A stretch of DNA of 64,000 nt from Yuukianura sp. NJ FZ-2021. Lineage: Eukaryota. Positions 38,188-47,500 of this stretch are shown here, piece after piece. A model generated the notes under the pieces. That model was not told the DNA's origin, searched no databases, and worked only from the letters and a program-made list of their open reading frames with translations. A program made the position numbers and the translations under genes. The DNA is taken from positions 9,486,001-9,550,000 of the forward strand of contig CM102286.1 in the NCBI GenBank assembly GCA_046563655.1. The letters run 5' to 3'. The number at the start of each line of letters is the position of its first letter. Positions within the stretch are counted from its first letter, which is position 1.

Positions 38188-39822
38188 ATGAAACAAATTA
38201 CCGAACCTTGGCGGTTCAACCCTGTTACAGGATACCTGGACGGTATGACTCCACGGATGCTCCTTGTATTTTGCGTCGGGACGACGCTTGTTGCAGAGGT
38301 CGCCGGAACGATGATGTGCCCATGGGCACTGGCGACGCGAACTCGACGAAGTCCGGTGAACCCTCACCGGTGGACCAAGAGGAAACTTACCTGGACCCTT
38401 GGACCTACTCCATACGACATGGACCGAGAAGAAGCACTGGCTGACGCCAGTCTGGCGTTTGTGAAATGGCAACGCTATTCCAACTTCACCTTTACTTACG
38501 TGGAGGGGAATGCTGACATCCCCATCACTTTCGAACATGAAATCCATGATGACGCCAGTGACGGACGTGGAGGCACATTAGCCCACGCCCACTATCCAGG
38601 ATCAGTTATGGGCGGACAAATCCACCTAGACGCCAACGAGACTTGGTCTCTCGGAGAAGATGACGAACACGTCAACTTGTTTTCGGTACTCCTACACGAA
38701 ATCGGCCACGCCTTGGCCTTGCCACACACTCGTGCCATAGGATCTGTGATGACAGCATGGTACCAGTTCTGGCCGCACGTTACGGAAATAGGAGTCCCCG
38801 ACGAAGAAGCTCTGAAGGTCCTATACCCACCAGGGTTTTTCGACGAAGGTCCAGATGGAGAAAACATCCGAGGCCTGAGCACCCTGTGGTACGATCATGT
38901 TGGTTACCTCAATGGGGACCACCTCCTGTTTCATGGGAGGAGCCACGTTAGAGTTACGGGAGCTGGGACACTCCTCCCTACTCCAGTAAAGAACGAAGAT
39001 TTTTTCGAGGACTTCCCGCCGGATGGCCGAATCAACTTCACAGTCGGCGTCGCAAGTTACCTCTACGTTATGGTCGATGACCGAATCGGAGTATACTCAT
39101 CCGACGGCCACCTAATTACACCAGGACTCAAGCACCGAAGCATCTTTGGCATCACATACCCAGTTTTGGGGTACTTCCCGTCAGAACACACCCTCTGGAT
39201 CAGGCTTACCACTGGATGGAGGCCGTTATACCTTGAGAGGGGCATGATCCAAACATTGTGGGACGAGCCCGACATCTACATGCCTTACCCTCACCTACAA
39301 GAGCTACGTCTTGTCGGCATCCGGGACACAGAACGAGGCGTTTACACTTACGAGAAAGGCCGGGTCCAGCTGATAACCCGGGAAAACAAGCTACTAATGG
39401 ACAAGTCCCTATACGCATATCTTCAACTGGGGGTAGACTGCCAAACTGCCCACCTTATGTCCGACATATTCAACCCCGACACCTTCATGCGCGGTTTCAT
39501 AGTTGGGTTACTAGCCGGCATGGGGGCAATAGCTATTTCATTTTTCTGCAAATGCCGAGGGAGGAAGTTGTCCAACCCTCGACCCCGCATCATCCCAAGA
39601 CCTAGGGGACCAAATACAACTAATCATCTGATCCTTTCAGAAGAAGAAGAAGAAGACGAAGTAAGTCATGTCGGATCCAGCTCATCGACACACCCGACAG
39701 GACGGGACTCCACCAGTGTACGGACCTGCGGACCTAGCCGCAGTACTGAAGGAAGCAAAAGAACGGGATCGGCAACGGCCGAAGACGCCCACGGCAGGAG
39801 CCGGTGCGACGACAAGCCCTAG
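38188..39822 (+). CDS. Membrane-type matrix metalloproteinase-like protein (peptidase M10A/matrixin domain, degenerate hemopexin-like region, TM helix)
   Basis: Signal-like MLLVFCVGTTLVAEVAG (probable start M20 or M24, 38245/38257). RTRR furin site, W..RKLTW, ADIPITF, DGRGGTLAHAHYP, GGQIHLDANETW, NLFSVLLHEIGHALALPH (zinc motif 38695-38727), Met-turn SVMTAWY. Hydrophobic GFIVGLLAGMGAIAISFF followed by CKCRGRK. Confidence 0.93.
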   Translation: MKQITEPWRFNPVTGYLDGMTPRMLLVFCVGTTLVAEVAGTMMCPWALATRTRRSPVNPHRWTKRKLTWTLGPTPYDMDREEALADASLAFVKWQRYSNFTFTYVEGNADIPITFEHEIHDDASDGRGGTLAHAHYPGSVMGGQIHLDANETWSLGEDDEHVNLFSVLLHEIGHALALPHTRAIGSVMTAWYQFWPHVTEIGVPDEEALKVLYPPGFFDEGPDGENIRGLSTLWYDHVGYLNGDHLLFHGRSHVRVTGAGTLLPTPVKNEDFFEDFPPDGRINFTVGVASYLYVMVDDRIGVYSSDGHLITPGLKHRSIFGITYPVLGYFPSEHTLWIRLTTGWRPLYLERGMIQTLWDEPDIYMPYPHLQELRLVGIRDTERGVYTYEKGRVQLITRENKLLMDKSLYAYLQLGVDCQTAHLMSDIFNPDTFMRGFIVGLLAGMGAIAISFFCKCRGRKLSNPRPRIIPRPRGPNTTNHLILSEEEEEDEVSHVGSSSSTHPTGRDSTSVRTCGPSRSTEGSKRTGSATAEDAHGRSRCDDKP

Positions 39823-41173
39823 CGACCCTGTCGTAAGCCCAACAACGGGCCAAACGGGCGGGACAACAGGAACCGCCGGAGGGACCGGGAGCGCGTTCAC
39901 TTTCCCGGTGCCCGCAACGATTACCCCACCGACGCCGCCAGCAGGAGCTGGTGGACCGAGCTCAGTAGTTCCAGTTGTGAACCTAACCGGTGGCGGGCAG
40001 CCACCAGCATCCGGAATGCCAGGAGGAACGAACACCCCACCTACTCCGGGACCTCAGCAGCCTGTTGTGCTGACAACTCCCGCACCGAGCGTTGTGGTAT
40101 CCGTTTGGACACCACCGGGCGATTCAACATTTGAAGGAAAACGAGGCTACCCAGCCAGGAATTTCTGGGAGACATTCAAGGCAATAGCTGTTAACCAACG
40201 TTGGGACGAGGCTGCGAAAGTGCGCCATCTGCCGCTTTACCTCAAGGGCTATGCGAAGACATGGTTCTTGAACTTTCGCACCGACTGGGAGCGTGACCCA
40301 GCCAATCGAGACGCCGACGGCGACATTGTCGCTCTTCCATGGAAGACTCTGAAAGAGGGATTCCACACTAGCTTTAAGTCACGGCTCACTGAAGAAGAAC
40401 TGGAATATCGCTTGGCTCAACGGAAGAGAAATCCGAAAGAGAGCGTGGAAGACTACTGCGGCAAGGTGCTGCGACTATGTGACCAGTTGGACAAAAGCCA
40501 AGGGACCACCATGAAGGACGAAAAGCGGGTCAACTTCCTGCTCAAGGGGTTGCCTGCAGATGTCAGTCACGAGATATTCCTGCGGTAACCGAAGACGCCG
40601 CAAGATGTGACGCAGTTTCTTATCGAAAAGGAGAACTACGACTTCATGATGAAGCGGAAACGGGCTGGAACCGATCTACCCCGATTGACTGCGCGCTTCA
40701 ACAATATGAATTTGGAAGCACCAACGGAACCACAAGCTGGAGAACGACGCACAGTAAAACGACGCCCAGTATGGGGCAAAGCAGGCCACGGCTATAATCG
40801 TGACCAACCACAACAATCCCAGGGAGGAAGCCGGTACAACTCCGGACAGCGTGGCAACGGTCGCCCATGGCGACCACGGCAAGGCCAAAAGCCGTATGCA
40901 GGATGCTACGAGTGTGGTCGCGATGACCACCGCATAGCCAACTGTCCAAAGCGGTGGAAACAACGGGACACAAACTGGAACCGAAACCGGGTCCACTGCG
41001 AACATTGTGACGGGACACACCTTGGATACCGATGTCCTGCGGTAGGCGATGAGTATCACGCCATGAGACCCGCTTCTCCTTGCGACAAGGACAATTCAAC
41101 TCGTGCTATCGCACCAGCACCGACTACAAGCCGAGCCGTAACGGCTCAGGGAAACGCAGCGCGGCGACAGTAG
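39668..41173 (+). pseudogene. gag: Gag polyprotein, interrupted by one in-frame TAA (40586-40588)
   Basis: FEGKRGYPARNFWETF...WDEAAKVRHLPLYLKGYAKTWF and QRKRNPKESVEDY...FLLKGLP are typical retrotransposon Gag motifs. ORF 40607-41173 is in the same frame and has CYECGRDDHRIANC (CX2CX4HX4C) and CEHCDGTHLGYRC. Confidence 0.9.
41149..41155 (+). promoter_or_regulatory. -1 ribosomal frameshift slippery heptamer G GGA AAC (gag-pol junction)
   Basis: X XXY YYZ in the gag frame (caG GGA AAC), five sense codons before the gag stop. The -1 frame reads GKRSAATVER into the protease ORF. Confidence 0.85.
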
Positions 41174-41445
41174 AGAGGTCTGAAGCCCACTCACTCATTA
41201 AACCCTCTAATCCAACACGACCAGTTTTAGCCATGATGACACGCAATACAGCCTTCCCAGGAGACCCTAGTAGTACGGATCCCGTTGGAAACCTCATAAT
41301 TAGTATATTCATCCTGCAAGGCACAGCACTTAAGAGACGTTCGTGTCTACTCGACACGGGATGCCCCGTCAGTATAATTCGGCAGAACAATGTCACTCCG
41401 GACGAGCTCCAGCCTATCGACGCCTCATCAGCTCTTGACCTTCCA
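41149..41445 (+). CDS. pol: pol N-terminus: retropepsin-type aspartic protease (partial, truncated by gap)
   Basis: SCLLDTGCPVSII catalytic motif (DTG at 41353-41361), in the -1 frame relative to gag. Confidence 0.85.
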
Positions 41446-41545
41446 NNNNNNNNNNNNNNNNNNNNNNNNNNNNNNNNNNNNNNNNNNNNNNNNNNNNNNN
41501 NNNNNNNNNNNNNNNNNNNNNNNNNNNNNNNNNNNNNNNNNNNNN
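41446..41545. other. Assembly gap (100 N)
   Basis: Exactly 100 N, a usual placeholder for a gap of unknown size. Confidence 0.99.
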
Positions 41546-44500
41546 GACGTGTCTCCATACGATCAAGTAAAATGCTTGGAGTTCACGTCACACTTACTAA
41601 AGGGATGTTAAAGCAGTGTGACAAGTAAGAAAGGTGATTTCACCAAGAACGCCGCCACTGAAAGTGGCTGTATATTCCAATTGACATTGAAGTTGATGTT
41701 CTTCGTACACGGGTTTGTGGGCGTCGAATGACATTCTATGCTGGATTCCATTTTCTAAGGTTAAGACGTGTCTCCATACGCTCAAGTAAAATGCTCGAAG
41801 TTCACGTCACACTTACTAAAGGGATGTTAAAGCAGTGTGACAAGTAAAAAAAGATGATTTCACCAAGAACGCCGGCACTGAAAGTGGTTATATATTCGAA
41901 TTGACCTTGAAGTTGATATTCTTCGTACACGGATTCGTGGGCGTCGAAAGACATTCTATGCTGGATTCCATTTTCTAAGGTTAAGACGTGTCTCCATACG
42001 CTCAAGTAAAATACTCGAAGCTCACGTCACACTTACTAAAGGGATGTTAAAGCAGTGTGACAAGTAAGAAAGGTGATTTCACCAAGAACGCCGGCACTGA
42101 AAGTGGTTATATATTCGAATTGACCTTGAAGTTGATATTCTTCGTACACGGATTCGTGGGCGTCGAAAGACATTCTATGCTGGATTCCATTTTCTAAGGT
42201 TAAGACGTGTCTCCATACGCTCAAGTAAAATGCTTGGAGTTCACGTCACACTTACTAAAGGGATGTTAAAGCAGTGTGACAAGTAAAAAAAGTTGATTTC
42301 ACCAAGAACGCCGCTACTGAAAGTGGCTGTATATTCGAATTGACCTTGAAGTTGATATTCTTCGTACACGGGTTTGTGGGCGTCGAATGACATTCTATGC
42401 TGGATTCCATTTTCTAAGGTTAAGACGTGTCTCCATACGCTCAAGTAAAATACTCGAAGCTCACGTCACACTTACTAAAGGGATGTTAAAGCAGTGTGAC
42501 AAGTAAGAAAGGTGATTTCACCAAGAACGCCGGCACTGAAAGTGGTTATATATTCGAATTGACCTTGAAGTTGATATTCTTCGTACACGGATTCGTGGGC
42601 GTCGAAAGACATTCTATGCTGGATTCCATTTTCTAAGGTTAAGACGTGTCTCCATACGCTCAAGTAAAATAGTAAAATGCTTGAAGTTCACGTCACACTT
42701 ACTAAAGGGATGTTAAAGCAGTGTGACAAGAAAAAAAGATGAGGTCACCAAGAAACCCAGCATTGAAAGTGGCTGTATATTCGAATTGACCTTGAAGTTG
42801 ATATTCTTCGTACACGGATTTGTGGGCGTCGAAAGACATTCTATGCTGGATTCCATTTTCTAAGGTTAAGACGTGTCTCCATACGCTCAAGTAAAATGCT
42901 TGGAGTTCACGTCACACTTACTAAAGGGATGTTAAAGCAGTGTGACAAGTAAAAAAAGTTGATTTCACCAAGAACGCCGCTACTGAAAGTGGCTGTATAT
43001 TCGAATTGACCTTGAAGTTGATATTCTTCGTACACGGGTTTGTGGGCGTCGAAAGACATTCTATGCTGGATTCCATTTTCTAAGGTTAAGACGTGTCTCC
43101 ATACGCTCAAGTAAAATGCTTGGAGTTCACGTCACACTTACTAAAGGGATGTTAAAGCAGTGTGACAAGTAAGAAAGGTGATTTCACCAAGAACGCCGGC
43201 ACTGAAAGTGGTTATATATTCGAATTGACCTTGAAGTTGATATTCTTCGTACACGGATTTGTGGGCGTCGAAAGACATTCTATGCTGGATTCCATTTTCT
43301 AAGGTTAAGACGTGTCTCCATACGCTCAAGTAAAATGCTTGGAGTTCACGTCACACTTACTAAAGGGATGTTAAAGCAGTGTGACAAGTAAGAAAGGTGA
43401 TTTCACCAAGAACGCCGGCACTGAAAGTGGTTATATATTCGAATTGACCTTGAAGTTGATATTCTTCGTACACGGATTCGTGGGCGTCGAAAGACATTCT
43501 ATGCTGGATTCCATTTTCTAAGGTTAAGACGTGTCTCCATACGCTCAAGTAAAATGCTTGAAGTTCACGTCACACTTACTAAAGGGATGTTAAAGCAGTG
43601 TGACAAGTACAAAAAGATGATTTCACCAAGAACGCCGGCACTGAAAGTGGTTATATATTCGAATTGACCTTGAAGTTGATATTCTTCGTACACGGATTCG
43701 TGGGCGTCGAAAGACATTCTATGCTGGATTCCATTTTCTAAGGTTAAGACGTGTCTCCATACGCTCAAGTAAAATAGTAAAATGCTTGAAGTTCACGTCA
43801 CACTTACTAAAGGGATGTTAAAGCAGTGTGACAAGTAAAAAAAGATGATTTCACCAAGAACGCCGGCACTGAAAGTGGTTATATATTCGAATTGACCTTG
43901 AAGTTGATATTCTTCGTACACGGATTCGTGGGCGTCGAAAGACATTCTATGCTGGATTCCATTTTCTAAGGTTAAGACGTGTCTCCATACGCTCAAGTAA
44001 AATGCTTGAAGTTCACGTCACACTTACTAAAGGGATGTTAAAGCAGTGTGACAAGTAAAAACGATGATTTCACCAAGAACGCCGGCACTGAAAGTGGTTA
44101 TATATTCGAATTGACCTTGAAGTTGATATTCTTCGTACACGGATTCGTGGGCGTCGAAAGACATTCTATGCTGGATTCCATTTTCTAAGGTTAAGACGTG
44201 TCTCCATACGCTCAAGTAAAATGCTTGAAGTTCACGTCACACTTACTAAAGGGATGTTAAAGCAGTGTGACAAGTACAAAAAGATGATTTCACCAAGAAC
44301 GCCGGCACTGAAAGTGGTTATATATTCGAATTGACCTTGAAGTTGATATTCTTCGTACACGGATTCGTGGGCGTCGAAAGACATTCTATGCTGGATTCCA
44401 TTTTCTAAGGTTAAGACGTGTCTCCATACGCTCAAGTAAAATAGTAAAATGCTTGAAGTTCACGTCACACTTACTAAAGGGATGTTAAAGCAGTGTGACA

Positions 44501-47500
44501 AGTAAAAAAAGATGATTTCACCAAGAACGCCGGCACTGAAAGTGGTTATATATTCGAATTGACCTTGAAGTTGATATTCTTCGTACACGGATTTGTGGGC
44601 GTCGAAAGACATTCTATGCTGGATTCCATTTTCTAAGGTTAAGACGTGTCTCCATACGCTCAAGTAAAATGCTTGGAGTTCACGTCACACTTACTAAAGG
44701 GATGTTAAAGCAGTATGACAAGAAAAAAAGATGATTTCACCAAGAACGCCGGCACTGAAAGTGGTTATATATTCGAATTGACCTTGAAGTTGATATTCTT
44801 CGTACACGGATTGTTGGGCGTCGAAAGACATTCTATGCTGGATTCCATTTTCTAAGGTTAAGACGTGTCTCCATACGCTCAAGTAAAATGCTTGAAGTTC
44901 ACGTCAAACTTACTAAAGGGATGTTAAAGCAGTGTGACAAGTAAGAAAGTTGATTTCACCAAGAACGCCGGCACTGAAAGTGGTTATATATTCGAATTGA
45001 CCTTGAAGTTGATATTCTTCGTACACGGATTCGTGGGCGTCGAAAGACATTCTATGCTGGATTCCATTTTCTAAGGTTAAGACGTGTCTCCATACGCTCA
45101 AGTAAAATGCTTGAAGTTCACGTCACACTTACTAAAGGGATGTTAAAGCAGTGTGACAAGTAAAAAAAGATGATTTCACCAAGAACGCCGGCACTGAAAG
45201 TGGTTATATATTCGAATTGACCTTGAAGTTGATATTCTTCGTACACGGATTCGTGGGCGTCGAAAGACATTCTATGCTGGATTCCATTTTCTAAGGTTAA
45301 GACGTGTCTCCATACGCTCAAGTAAAATAGTAAAATGCTTGAAGTTCACGTCACACTTACTAAAGGGATGTTAAAGCAGTGTGACAAGTAAAAAAAGATG
45401 ATTTCACCAAGAACGCCGGCACTGAAAGTGGTTATATATTCGAATTGACCTTGAAGTTGATATTCTTCGTACACGGATTCGTGGGCGTCGAAAGACATTC
45501 TATGCTGGATTCCATTTTCTAAGGTTAAGACGTGTCTCCATACGCTCAAGTAAAATAGTAAAATGCTTGAAGTTCACGTCACACTTACTAAAGGGATGTT
45601 AAAGCAGTGTGACAAGTAAAAAAAGATGATTTCACCAAGAACGCCGGCACTGAAAGTGGTTATATATTCGAATTGACCTTGAAGTTGATATTCTTCGTAC
45701 ACGGATTCGTGGGCGTCGAAAGACATTCTATGCTGGATTCCATTTTCTAAGGTTAAGACGTGTCTCCATACGCTCAAGTAAAATAGTAAAATGCTTGAAG
45801 TTCACGTCACACTTACTAAAGGGATGTTAAAGCAGTGTGACAAGTAAAAAAGATGATTTCACCAAGAACGCCGGCACTGAAAGTGGTTATATATTCGAAT
45901 TGACCTTGAAGTTGATATTCTTCGTACACGGATTCGTGGGCGTCGAAAGACATTCTATGCTGGATTCCATTTTCTAAGGTTAAGACGTGTCTCCATACGC
46001 TCAAGTAAAATGCTTGGAGTTCACGTCACACTTACTAAAGGGATGTTAAAGCAGTGTGACAAGTAAGAAAGGTGATTTCACCAAGAACGCCGGCACTGAA
46101 AGTGGTTATATATTCGAATTGACCTTGAAGTTGATATTCTTCGTACACGGATTCGTGGGCGTCGAAAGACATTCTATGCTGGATTCCATTTTCTAAGGTT
46201 AAGACGTGTCTCCATACGCTCAAGTAAAATGCTTGAAGTTCACGTCACACTTACTAAAGGGATGTTAAAGCAGTGTGACAAGTACAAAAAGATGATTTCA
46301 CCAAGAACGCCGGCACTGAAAGTGGTTATATATTCGAATTGACCTTGAAGTTGATATTCTTCGTACACGGATTCGTGGGCGTCGAAAGACATTCTATGCT
46401 GGATTCCATTTTCTAAGGTTAAGACGTGTCTCCATACGCTCAAGTAAAATGCTTGGAGTTCACGTCACACTTACTAAAGGGATGTTAAAGCAGTGTGACA
46501 AGTAAGAAAGGTGATTTCACCAAGAACGCCGGCACTGAAAGTGGTTATATATTCGAATTGACCTTGAAGTTGATATTCTTCGTACACGGATTCGTGGGCG
46601 TCGAAAGACATTCTATGCTGGATTCCATTTTCTAAGGTTAAGACGTGTCTCCATACGCTCAAGTAAAATAGTAAAATGCTTGAAGTTCACGTCACACTTA
46701 CTAAAGGGATGTTAAAGCAGTGTGACAAGTAAAAAATGATGATTTCACCAAGAACGCCGGCACTGAAAGTGGTTATATATTCGAATTGACCTTGAAGTTG
46801 ATATTCTTCGTACACGGATTTGTGGGCGTCGAAAGACATTCTATGCTGGATTCCATTTTCTAAGGTTAAGACGTGTCTCCATACGCTCAAGTAAAATGCT
46901 TGGAGTTCACGTCACACTTACTAAAGGGATGTTAAAGCAGTGTGACAAGTAAGAAAGGTGATTTCACCAAGAACGCCGGCACTGAAAGTGGTTATATATT
47001 CGAATTGACCTTGAAGTTGATATTCTTCGTACACGGATTCGTGGGCGTCGAAAGACATTCTATGCTGGATTCCATTTTCTAAGGTTAAGACGTGTCTCCA
47101 TACGCTCAAGTAAAATAGTAAAATGCTTGAAGTTCACGTCACACTTACTAAAGGGATGTTAAAGCAGTGTGACAAGTAAAAAAAGATGATTTCACCAAGA
47201 ACGCCGGCACTGAAAGTGGTTATATATTCGAATTGACCTTGAAGTTGATATTCTTCGTACACGGATTCGTGGGCGTCGAAAGACATTCTATGCTGGATTC
47301 CATTTTCTAAGGTTAAGACGTGTCTCCACACGCTCAAGTAAAATAGTAAAATGCTTGAAGTTCACGTCACACTTACTAAAGGGATGTTAAAGCAGTGTGA
47401 CAAGTAAAAACGATGATTTCACCAAGAACGCCGGCACTGAAAGTGGTTATATATTCGAATTGACCTTGAAGTTGATATTCTTCGTACACGGATTTGTGGG

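Larger units (their letters stand above)
37746..41445 (+). mobile_element. Ty3/Gypsy-like LTR retroelement fragment: 5' leader, MMP ORF, gag, start of pol; cut by assembly gap
   Basis: Abrupt switch from AT-rich satellite to GC-richer unique sequence. Gag with retrotransposon capsid-like motifs and zinc knuckles, a -1 slippery site and a DTG protease. LTRs, RT and integrase are not visible, so the superfamily call rests on gag and protease only. Confidence 0.85.

Noticed and set aside
39557..39571. Polypurine tract plus TG (gagggaggaagttgt) as the start of a 3' LTR after the MMP
   Set aside because: It lies inside the MMP ORF (RGRKL), gag starts ~100 bp later, and there is no match to the 37746-38187 leader.
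38188..39822. MMP as an ordinary host gene next to a transposon
   Set aside because: It is intronless, lacks a pro-domain, overlaps gag and has only 440 bp between it and satellite. Not formally excluded without other copies.
37760..41099. Antisense and alternate-frame ORFs over the MMP and gag
   Set aside because: Shadow ORFs of GC-richer coding sequence, with no domain motifs.
41080..41628. ORFs running through the N gap into satellite C
   Set aside because: Artefacts of translating Ns. True adjacency across the gap is unknown.
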